Source of the DNA: Lama glama
Lineage: Eukaryota
Reading direction: 5' to 3'
Length of the DNA: 64,000 bases
Assembly: GCA_028534125.1 (NCBI GenBank)
Contig: CM052817.1
Coordinates: 66,156,001 to 66,220,000, forward strand
This document shows, piece by piece, positions 51,101-61,945 of the stretch (within the stretch, counting starts at the first letter, position 1; each line of letters starts with the position of its first letter). Position numbers and translations under genes: made by a program. Under the pieces are notes generated by a model. It did no database searches and was not told where the DNA came from. It saw only the letters and a list, made by a program, of their open reading frames with translations.

Positions 51101-54100
51101 TCACATGTTTCAGTAATGCTCCTCTTCACTGATCCCCAATTTGGTAATATTCCATTAGGTTATAGGATAGCTTATTTAGTTTAATAGTTCAATTTTGACA
51201 GATTCTACTCACTTTTCCATTACAAAACCACCAGCTGCAGATACTTCTGCAAAATTTTCTTGTAATGTTTTTGTCTTTTTATGGAATTCAGGCAACCCTG
51301 GCCTCATGGCATGAGTTAGGAAGTGTTTTCTCTGCTTCTATCCTCTAAAGATATTATAGAAAATTGGCGTAATTTCATCTTTAAATGTTTGGTAGAATTA
51401 ACCAGTGAACCCATCTTGGCTTGATATTTTTAGTTTGGAAGGTTATTATTGATTCTATTTTTCAAATAGACATAGGATGTTCAAACTGTCTATTTCTTCT
51501 TGAGTGAGTTTTGGCAAACTCTGTCATTCAAGGGTTGGTCCATTTCTTCTGGGTTATCAAATTTTGAAGCATAGAGTTGTTCATAGTAGTCTTTTATTAT
51601 CCCTCTCATGCCCACTAAGGCTATAGTGATTTCCCCACTTTCATTTCTGACACTAAACATGGCAGAAGCTTCCTCAGCTAAAGATCTGAGTTATCTAGCT
51701 GTATTTCTGACACTAGTAATTTGTGTCTTCCTTTTTTCTTAATTAGCTTGACTAAAGTCTTACCAGTTTTATTGATCTTTTCAAAAAACTAGTTTTTGGT
51801 TTTGTTAGTTATCTCTATTCTTTTCCTATTTCAATTTCATTGATTTCTGCTCTGATTTTTATTATTTCTTGTCTTCTGCTTACTTTGGGCTAAATTTGTT
51901 CTTTTTTTCTTAGTGCTCTAAGTGGAAGTTTAAATTACTGATTTTTGATTTTCCTTCTTCTCTAACGTGTACATTCAGTGCTATAAATTTTTCTCCAAGC
52001 ACTGCTTTCACTCACTGTACCCTACAAATTTTGATAAATTATGTTCTCATTTTCACTTACTTCAAAATATTTTAAAATTCATGTGAGATTTATTCTTTAG
52101 CCCATATGTTATATACATGTGTATTGTTTAATCTCCACATATTTTGAAAATTTCAAACTATCTTTCTGTTATTGACTTCTGTTTACTTCTATTTTAATTC
52201 CCCTGTGGTCTGAGAGCAGACATTGTATGATTTCTATTCATTTAAATTTGCTAAGATGTATTTTATGACCTGGAATATAGTCTATGTTGGTGAATGTTCC
52301 ATGTGAGCTTGAGGTGAATGTATATTTTATTGTTGTTGGATGAAGTAGTCTACAGATGTCAGTTATAGCTAGGTAAATGATAGTGCTGTTGAGTTCAACT
52401 ATGTACTTACTGTTTTTCTGCCTCCTGTATATGTCATTTTCTAATAGAATTGACATCTTCAACTATAACAGTGGATTCATTTATTTCTCCTTGCAGTTCT
52501 ATCAGTTTTGATTCAAGTATCTTGACATTCTGTTTTTCAGTGTATACACACTGAGGATTGTTGTCTTGGAGTATTGTCCTCTTTATAATTAGGTAATATC
52601 CCTCCCTGAAAATTTTCCTTAATCTGAAGTCTGCTCTATTTGAAATTAATATAGCTACTTTCACTTTCTTTTGATTAGTGATAGCAGGGCATATCTTTCT
52701 CCATTTCTTTACTTTTAATCTATGTATTTACATTTAAAGTTGATTTCTTGTTGAAAGAGTGAGTTAGGGAATATTTTCTCTGTTTATAACTTCTGGAGAA
52801 GATACTGGTATAAAATTGAAATAATTTCTTCCTTTAATGTTTGGTTGAATTCACCAGCAAACCCATCTGAGCTTGATGCTTTATATTTTGGAAGATAAAT
52901 GACTATTAATTTCATTTTTTTAACAGACACAGGCCTGGTCAAATTGTCTAGTTCTTATTGTGTGAGTTTTGGCAGATGATATCTTTCAAGGATTGATCCA
53001 TTTCGTCTTGTTTATGAAATTTGTGGTCATAAATGTCTTTATATTTAAAATGGATTGTAGACAATCTGTATTTGGGTCTTGCTTTTTGATCCACCCTATG
53101 ATAGAGATCTTTTGATTAATTTATTTGGATCATTTACTTTTGAAGTGATTATTGATATATTTGGATTACTATCTACCATATTTGTTACAGATTTCTATTT
53201 ATTGCCCTTGTTTTGTTTCTATTTTTGTCTTCCATATTTATGTGTCTTTGTGGTTTTAACTGAAGATTTTATAATTCCATTTTATTTCCTTTTTTAGTGT
53301 ATCAAATATGGTGGGGTTTTTTTTTTTTGTATTTATATTGGTTGCTCTAGAGTTTGCAATAAACATTTACAACTAATCTAAGTCTGCTTTCAAATAACAT
53401 TATACCTCTTCACAGGTAGTATAAGTACCTTATAATAACAACATATTCCCAAATCCTTCCTTCCATCCCTGTATCACTGCTGTCATTCCTTTCATTTATG
53501 TAAAATCATATGTGTGCATGTGTGTACACATGATCAAATGCATTGTTGCAATTAATTTTGAACAACTGTGATTAATTAAGAATGAGAAGTCTAAAATTGT
53601 TATTTCACTTCCTGATTCTCTGATAAATCCAGATCCAAGATTCTTTCTTTATGTAGATCTGAATTTCTGGCCTATATTATCATCCTTCTCTCTGAAGAAC
53701 CTCTTTTTATTATTTGTTGCAAGGTAGGTATACTGGCATCAAAATCTCAGTATTTTGTTTGTAGGAAAAAGTGTTAATTTCTCTTTCACTTTCATAGGAT
53801 AATTTCACAGAGTATAGAATTCTAAGTGGGGTTTTTTTCCTCTCATTACTTTAAATATTTCACTACATTCTCATCTTACTTGCATGGTTTCTGAGAAAAA
53901 GTCAGACATAATTCTTATCTTTGCTCCTCTATAAATAAGGATTTTCCCCCCTAGTTTCTTTCAAGATTAGTTTTTTATCTTTGATTATCCAAATTTTGAA
54001 TATGATATACTCAGATATTATCCTGTTGGTGTTCTTTGAGCTTCCAGGATCTGTGGTTTGATGTTTGAATTAATTTGGAGAAAATTCTCAGTCATTATTG

Positions 54101-54116
54101 CTTCAAATATTTTTTT

Positions 54117-54146
54117 CTCTTCCTTCCTTCCTTCCTTCCTTCCTTC

Positions 54147-54181
<35 letters not shown>

Positions 54182-54288
54182 TCCTTCTTTCCTTCTTTCT
54201 TTCCTTCTTTCTTTCCTTCTTTCTTTCTTTCTCCCTTCCTTCCTTCCCTCCTTTTCCTTTCTTTCTTTCTCTCTTTCTTTCTTTCTTT
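54117..54288. repeat. Compound (CCTT)n/(CTTT)n polypyrimidine microsatellite
   Basis: Read directly; sits within the L1 ORF1 remnant. Confidence 0.95.
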
Positions 54289-55194
54289 TCATACCCATTA
54301 CACATACTTTACATTTTTAGTAGTTATCCCTCAGTCCCTGTATATTCTGTTCTCTTTTTACAGTCTTTTTTCCTCTTTGATTTTCAGTTTTGGAAGTTTG
54401 TATTGACATATTCTCAAGCTTAGATAATCTTTCCTCAGCCATACTAAGTCTACTAATGAGCCCTTCAAAGGTATCTTCATAATTGCTACAGTGTTTTTTT
54501 TAATGTTTAACCTTTTTTTTTTTGATTCTTTTTTAGTATTTCTCTCCCAAATACGTTATCCCCTTTTTCTTGCTTTTTGTCTGTTGGTTTTTTTGTTTTT
54601 TTTTTTTCTGTTAGAGTTGTTAGCACACTAATCAGTTATTTTAAAGTTCTGGTTTGATAAGTCCAACATTCTTGCCATATATGACTGATTCTGATGTTCA
54701 TTTTGTCTTTTCAAAATGTGATTTTTTTTGACATTTTCTTATGCCTCATAAAAGTTTATTGATACCTGGACATGACATCCTGGGTAAAGAACTGTGATAA
54801 AGAGACCTTTAGTAATATGGTAGTAAGGTGTTGGAGGAGGGGAAATTTCTGTAGTCTTATGATTAGATCTTAGCCTTTTGCCCCAGGGCTCTGAACTTTA
54901 CAATTACTTCTCAGTTTTCTCCCTGCACCCACCCCCATTTGGTGGAATAGAATGGTTACAGGGACCTGAAGTTTGGATTAAGTTTCCCCATGTGGAAGAA
55001 TAGAGGGAACTGTAGTTGAGATTTCCTTTCTCCCACATAGAGCCAACTGGACTTAAATACTTTCCTTCCCCCAAGTAGGTTATATTCTCATATAACCCAG
55101 CAGGTTATATGAGATAATAATTTTATCTGAGGGCAGACCTTGTCAAGAAGAACAGATTGCTCTGGCATGTATCAAAATTATACTTTAAAAAAAA

Positions 55195-55315
55195 GGAGGG
55201 AGAAGGTAAAGCTCAAGTGGTAAAGTGCATACTTAAGCATGCACGAAGTCCTGGGTTCAATCCCCAGTACCTCCTCTAAAAAATAGATAAATAAATAAAC
55301 CTAATTACCCCCCCC
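55195..55315 (+). mobile_element. tRNA-derived SINE resembling camelid Vic-1
   Basis: A box AGCTCAAGTGG, B box GGTTCAATCC, then AGTACCTCCTCTAAAAAATAGATAAATAAATAAACCTAATTACCCCC; TSD AAATTATACTTT 55175-55186 / AAATGATACTTT 55316-55327. Confidence 0.85.
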
Positions 55316-55449
55316 AAATGATACTTTCCCCTTCCCGTACAAGAATCCAGATGGAATTTTCACGATGAGGACCTGATAGGTTTTGTTAAGATAGAACCCA
55401 CAGAACTGTGGGGGCCTACTATGACTGGGTCCTCCTGGAGATTAAAACA

Positions 55450-55655
55450 GTTTTTTTGAAACAGTTTTAAGAGAAGTTTTAGGTTCACAGCAAAATTGAG
55501 AAAAAAGTATATGACCCCCTCCCCACACATCCATGGCTTTCCTTATTATCAGTATTACCCCCTGGAGTGGCACATTTATTACAACTGATGCAACCACATT
55601 GAGACATCATTATCACCTGAAGTCTATTGTTTACATTAGATATGTTCACTTTGGT
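55450..55655 (-). mobile_element. L1MC1-like 3' end fragment nested in the older L1
   Basis: GTTTTAGGTTCACAGCAAAATTGAG...GACATCATTATCACC..AAGTC..TTTACATTAG. Confidence 0.7.
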
Positions 55656-55674
55656 TCACTATGGGTCCCCTGCA

Positions 55675-56233
55675 TTTTTTTCCTTTTTTTATTGAAGTAT
55701 AGTCAGTTTACAATATTGTATGAATTTCCAGTGTACCTCATAATGTTTCAGTCATACATGAACATACATATATTCCTTTTCATGTTCTTTTTTATTATAG
55801 GTTACTAAATAATACTGAATATAGTTCCCTGTGGTATACAGTATAAAATCTATTTTATATATATTAGTTACTATCTGAAAATCTCAGGCTCCCAACTTAT
55901 CCCTCCCCACCCCCTTCCCTCCCTGGTAACCATAAGTTTGTTTTCCATGTCTATGAGTTTGTTTCTCTTTTGTAAATAAGAGCATTTGTCTTTTTTTTTT
56001 TTTTAGATTCCACATATAAGTAATATCATATGGTATTTTTTGTTTCTGTTTATGACTTACTTCACTTAGAATGACAATCTCCAGGTCCATCCATGTTGCA
56101 GCAAATGGCATTATTTTATTCTTTTTTAAGGCTGAGTAGTATTCTGTTGTATATGTATACCACAACTTCTTTATCCATTCATCTGTTGATTGACATTTGG
56201 GTTGTTTCCATGTCTTGACCATTGTAAATAGTG
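55675..56233 (-). mobile_element. Young 5'-truncated L1 (ORF2 C-terminus + 3' UTR + poly-A)
   Basis: ORF 55884..56222 TWKQPKCQSTDEWIKKLWYTYTTEYYSALKKNKIMPFAATWMDLEIVILSEVS is the L1 ORF2p C-terminus. Confidence 0.93.
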
Positions 56234-57789
56234 TTTTTCAGTTTATTCATTTTTTTAACTTGTTATTAGGACAGAGTGGTGATTTCTCAGCTCTTAACTT
56301 AATGGATTGGAAACCAGAAGTCATCAATACTTTTTATAGTCTTTTAAAATTTTAGCCATCCTACTAGATGTGAGGGGGTATAACTGAGTTTTGATTTGAA
56401 TTTCCTTAGTCACTAATAATGTTGAGCATGGTGGATATAATTTCAAGGAGCATTTACATGACTTTTTATTGAACTGAATTTCATTGTTTTAAGATAAGCA
56501 GATGGAATCTTTCAGCAACTGGATTATCCCCCATTAATTTTGCCAGCCATCTTCCATTTACTTTTGAGAGATTCTTTCCTCACTGTCTTTGATTAGACTT
56601 CTAGATTGAGCCTTTCTTCATGAAACATGTGACATAAAGAATGAACAATAGATGCCTAAGCTTGTATCTCATTGTAATTAATACTCATTTTAGCCAGGCA
56701 AATGTTGATGTCGTGTGATCAGAAAATAATCTGGACCTAATAGTGAAGTTTGATATTTTAACAGTATCTGTCATCTGTTGTTTTGGGCTGCCCAGCTTCT
56801 GTTTCTGGGGGGAACCACTCCTCCATCAGTTCATGTAGTCCTGATGATGCCTACAGTCACACCCACTCCTCATCCACCTGCAGCCTCCACTCCCCAGGCC
56901 ACAAGCATGAGCACGGAGCACATAAACCTGACATCAGCAATTGTAGTGTTTTATGTACATCTTTTTTTTGCCACAGTTTCCTGACATTCTGTCTTCTCTT
57001 TTGCAACGTATACAGCTTCTTCAAAGTATTCAAGATCTTTGAGAAAAAAGACTGAATCTCTAGGCAAGTGATAAACACAGATAAACATAAAATATTACAT
57101 TTGTCAAGATTTGAGGGATACTACAGATACTTCGCAGTGAACACACATGCATCTCCCATTCAGTCATGCCTTTGTTTCTTTTCAGGTGAATTGCGCCTTT
57201 TGGTGAAGATGTTGACTGGAGGGAAACTGCAATAGTATCATCTCAGAGGTGTGGTTAATTTTCACGCATCCACTTGTCATAGACACCGTCCAGATTTCAT
57301 GGTTTTGATTGACCAGTATTGGACATACATACCACTTCTTCATTCCTGTGTCAAGGTGACAGAAGGTAACATGACTTTAAGGCTTAGTTTGATATGTACA
57401 TGTGTACACTGTAGGAAAAAAGCATATCATGTCAAATAACCTTCAAGAAAAGTGGTAATTTCAAAGATATCAGGAGCTATTCAGAGAAGAGGTCTTTGAG
57501 AGAAGGTGCTTTTTGGTTTCCTTGACAGTAGATGAAGGCCTTTACAAGATAATCACATTTTGATGCTCTCCCTTGAAGGCAAATTGCTAATGAGCAGGAG
57601 AACAAAGAATCGACCTGTGGGGAGCGCCAGTCCTGAGCGGAGTACTTAGTGCATCCAAGCACATGATTTCATTTTGTCTTTCAAAGAACCCACTGAAAAA
57701 AGTACCATGATACTGTTTCTATAGATTAGCAAATTGAGGTTCAGTGATCTTAAAGCAATTGATTAATTTTTTCTTCTCTACCCATGTCT

Positions 57790-57960
57790 CTCAGATGCCA
57801 ATCTGAACACTGGCTACACAATAATCATCCTGATGAAATTGTTTAAAATATAAATTCTGGGACCCTCACTCCTGAAGATTCTAGTTCAATAGGTTCTTAG
57901 ATCCAGGTATTCTTCTTTTATGCCAAAGTGCTTCTGTTACACAGCCAAGTTTGGAACATC
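57790..57960. mobile_element. MER5-family fragment
   Basis: TTTAAAATATAAATTCTGGGACCC...AGATTCTAGTTCAATAGGT...CAGCCAAGTTTGGAAC. Confidence 0.55.
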
Positions 57961-60554
57961 TCCTTTATGCCCCATGACCTCGGACTGGTTCAGGCAGTTA
58001 ACTTGGTTTCATCTCTTTCAACTGAAGTATGTTGGAAAAGGCTGTTCAGAGTCCTGTGTTGAAAGGCTTCTGAGGCTGATGGGAAGTATTCTGGGATGCA
58101 TTAGTGATGGCTGTGATGAGGCCAGATGGAGGGAGTAGAATGCGACTGCCAAACATCGGCCAACTGTGATCTAGATTGTGACAGTTGGAAGGTGGGTGAG
58201 GAGGAAAAAAAGGAAAGTAGAGAATATCAGTTACACTTTGATTAAAAATTATCTGAGGATATACTAAATATTTTATACAGCTGTGTGTAACCCTCTTGAG
58301 CTATACCAAATGTAAATGTAGCTCTTGGAAAAATACTAATGATGACCAAAGCACAGAGAGCCACATCAGGGAGATGAGCCAAAATGTTCTTGCAAATCTC
58401 CAGGGTACTGGATTCCTCCATTGTCCCAGCCCTGCGAGAACGCCTGTGCCAGGAATATTGGGAACTCTGTGTAAGAGCAGCTGCCATGTGCCAGTGTTCT
58501 TTCTGTTGCAGCCTTATTTCTTGTGGCAGGAAAAAAAAAATGTATTTTAGCAATTGATCAGATTTTTTTTTTATTATTTCAAAACTTTAGGCAGAGAGCA
58601 AATACACTTTATAGTTCTAAATTGTGTATGCTTATTTCTCATATTGTATGATTAAATTTTAATTTCAGATATATGCATAATATTTGGAGAAGCCAGTTTA
58701 GGTGGGTCTGATGAAAATATATGTAAGTAGATACAATGGATGTCCTTTATTAGATATACTCATAGAAAGAGGTGAATAAAGCTGTGCCTTTAAACAGAGA
58801 AAGGCTGCTTTTTAGGGTTTAGTTCTTCATGACAATGTAGCCTTTTTAAGGGAGAACTGCATACTTGGGATTCATTTAGTCCAGGAGAGCTGTGTACACA
58901 TCTCCTTGCTGTAACACCAGAAACCAGGGTTCCTGCAGTCCTCATTATGTCAGTAACCATCAGCAGGTAACCTGTGGCAGATAGGCTCTTAGGATTCTCA
59001 ACTCATTTTCACTTTGCCTTCCACTCTTGTGGACATTGTTACTTCCTTCTGTCCACTTGCAGTTGAAGGGAAATGATGCATAAAATCGCTTTCCACAACC
59101 AGTGTCAGGGATGACCTTTGAACTGCTTAGTTACCTCGCCCCCTTTAGAAGAGCCGTGAAAGAGACATGTGACAAATATAAAGAGAAAAACGTTGCAGTT
59201 GATTAGTGATGGCTATCATCAGATCAGAATTGGGAAGTTGCAGCATGTGATTAGTATTTTTACCATCTTTGATTCATATCACTAACAGTGGCCAGGTGAG
59301 TGGACTATAAATAAAAATATGTCAGACGTGATGTTGTTATTATCAGCATGAAGGTGGGAAAAAGGAAAAAAACTGGGCAAGAGGAATGGCACGGAGCATC
59401 TGGATATAATTTTCATGAAACCAAACCTGAGCCTTCACAAACCTCTACAGTGCCAGAATTATTGAAAATTTAAAGATAAAAATTAAAAAATGGTCCTAGA
59501 TATAACTGCTAAATGAATTTTTAAAATATAATTAACTGTGAATTATACATACATTATTTGTCTTTGTTAATAACAGTGTTCCTCATTTCAAAATTCATAA
59601 GTGAGTTCTAGAAAAATCAAGTTGGAAAAAGAATTTATTACTTTGCCATTCATTCATCAGGACCTGGAAACTGGTCATTACTTTGGTAAACAGTTTGAAG
59701 TTCTGACATTACCCTTAGTGGTATCATTGTAAGAACTGAGACTCAGTGTTCTAAAGATAATTACATTTTTTTTACAAGCTAAATGGAAAAATGCTGAATA
59801 TTGTCACTGCTTGAGAGATTGGATTTTGTAGTGATTTGTTTTTGTTTTTGTTTTCTTTTCTTTTTGTGTGCGTGCTAGCACTATATCCAGATACTTCTGA
59901 TGGAGGGAGCTACAGTAATATTAAAGAATTGTTCACAACTACTTATGAGAGGGACTGTCACATTTGTAAACAAAACTTAACTGTATCAAAGCAGATGTCA
60001 AGAAGTTATTTTAACCTCTGTTATACCTCATAATGCAATTCTGATATGTTCTGGAGCAAGTATGGGGTGAGTGGGAAAAGTTTAATATAATAGACTAAGA
60101 AAGGCCTAGTGTTTGGCAGAATAAATGACAAGGAATGGAAAAGTAAGACCAGACAATAAAAATATGTTTTGTGCAATGATGCAGTGGGATTTTTAAATGA
60201 GTTCCCATTTGCCTCAAACTCTGGAAAACACACCCCACTGTCAATATTTCTTGAAGGGAATGAGAATGTTTTTTGTCTCTTTGAAAATATTACCTTTAAG
60301 GCAGTGAGCGAAACAAGGAAACCCTCTGAACAGCTGATTGGAAATCTAAGCTGAAGCCAAAACACATACTGAAATTAGAGCTACCAGTGTTTTACCGTGG
60401 CTTGATTTCTGGTTTTCTCGTTAGATGTCATACATGTGTTTCCTGTTGTGCTTACTAAAAACAATATCTTGTATCAGGTCACATTTCCTACAAATACCAA
60501 CCAAGAACTGATTTCCAAGGTTGCAAATTAACTTTTAAAGATGATCATGCATCA

Positions 60555-61945
60555 CATTTTATAGGAAAAGAAATGGTTATTTAATAAATGGTGCTACAGA
60601 TAATTAATTCACTACTTGAGCTTCACTTCACTTTGTATGAAACAAACAAATGAGGAAGGAAGGAAAGAAGAGGGAGGGGGGACTAAGAAAAGGAGGAAAG
60701 GAGACAGGGAGGGAGAGAGAAAGGGAGAGGTAGAGAAGAAGGAAGGAGGGAAGGAGAGAAAGGTAAGAAATTCCAGAATGGTTCAAGAAGCAAATGTTAA
60801 GCATTAAAACCATAAGAAAGGGAAAAACAGGATTATTTATTTTAGGACTCCTATTTTCTAAGTAACAAATTAAATCACAAAGGAAAAAGTGACAGCTACT
60901 TGAAAATTGAAAGAACAAACCACTCTGTCAAAAATAGACAATTAACAAGTAATAATAAAGTGAGAAATTATCTATGTCAAATAGGACAAGTTAGGAATTC
61001 ACAAGCTGAAAATATGAAGGATTGCTAGAAATACATAAGAAAAATCTTAAGATCCCAACAGCTTGAAGAAAAGAGCTGTAGAGTTTTGTTTATAGTTCTT
61101 TCAAATAGATATTGAAAATACGATGAAATATTTCACTTCACCGGTAAGCAAAAAAATGTAAACTGAAATAAGATATTATTTTGACTAAATACTTAGAAAA
61201 CATAAAATATACTAAGTAACAAAGAGGGTTTTGTAGAATATGAACAGTCACAAATGGTATAAATTGGTACAGTTTTTCTGGATCAGTTTGGCTACACACA
61301 TTGAAAGTATCCCAAAAGTTCATAACTTTTTCAGTTATTTCCATTATAGAAACCTATCCTGTGGAAATTGTCATGTATGCGTAGTTACTCTAAAGTTATT
61401 CATGATGAGCAATCCGAATATCCAATTGTAAGACAATGTTTATATAGTCTAGCCAACGACTGTGTAATTCCCAGACCAGCAAGATCAGCATCACCTGGCA
61501 AATTGTTAGAAATGGACAATCTAGGCTCTATTTGGCACTTATTGACTTGGAAACTCTAGGGGTGGACCAAGCATTAACAGAGCCCTCAAGATAATTTTGG
61601 TGCATACAAAAGCTTGAGAATCACTGATGTAATGGAACATTAACAGACATTCAAAATATTTTTAAAGAACTCTTAGCATGGAAAGGAGAATAAAAATTGT
61701 TCCTATTTAACATGATCATGGGAATTATGTATAGTATGACTTCCATTTTGTAAATCCATATGAGTATATATATCATATATTTGTAAAACCAAAATCATTC
61801 ACATGTATGTGTATTCACATGAACATGCATACCAGCAGAAAAAAAATGTTATTCTCGATGTATCTTTGAATTACTTTTTCTTTGCACCTTTATGTACTTT
61901 TCCAAATTCTCTTCTATGATGACATATTATTTTTTACTATCAAAA
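60555..61945 (+). mobile_element. Degraded L1ME-like ORF2/3' UTR with a GA-rich tract (60650-60770)
   Basis: TTTAATAAATGGTGCT, TATAAATTGGTACA..TTTCTGGA, TATAGTATGACTTCCATTTTG, TGTACTTTTCCAAATT. Confidence 0.65.
61455..61626. mobile_element. MER5A nested in L1
   Basis: CCAGACCAGC..ATCAGCATCACCTGG..TTGTTAGAAATG...AGCTTGAGAATCACTG. Confidence 0.8.

Larger units (their letters stand above)
51260..56322 (-). mobile_element. Old L1MC/MD-like element: 5' UTR, ORF1 and ORF2 endonuclease remnants, multiply interrupted
   Basis: ORF remnants KVAILISNRADF... and YTFTSSSHGTFTNIDYIPGHK (APE endonuclease) and IFEAIMTENF...PQILEAQRTP (ORF1); 5' terminus reads GACTTCTGGTTTCCA on the minus strand at 56322. 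Confidence 0.85.

Noticed and set aside
54018..54423. Lys/Glu/Arg-rich and Phe/Leu/Ser-rich ORFs
   Set aside because: Translations of the (CTTT)n microsatellite within an L1 ORF1 remnant.
55200..55275. tRNA gene
   Set aside because: Degenerate cloverleaf, SINE-specific 3' body and TSD indicate a SINE.
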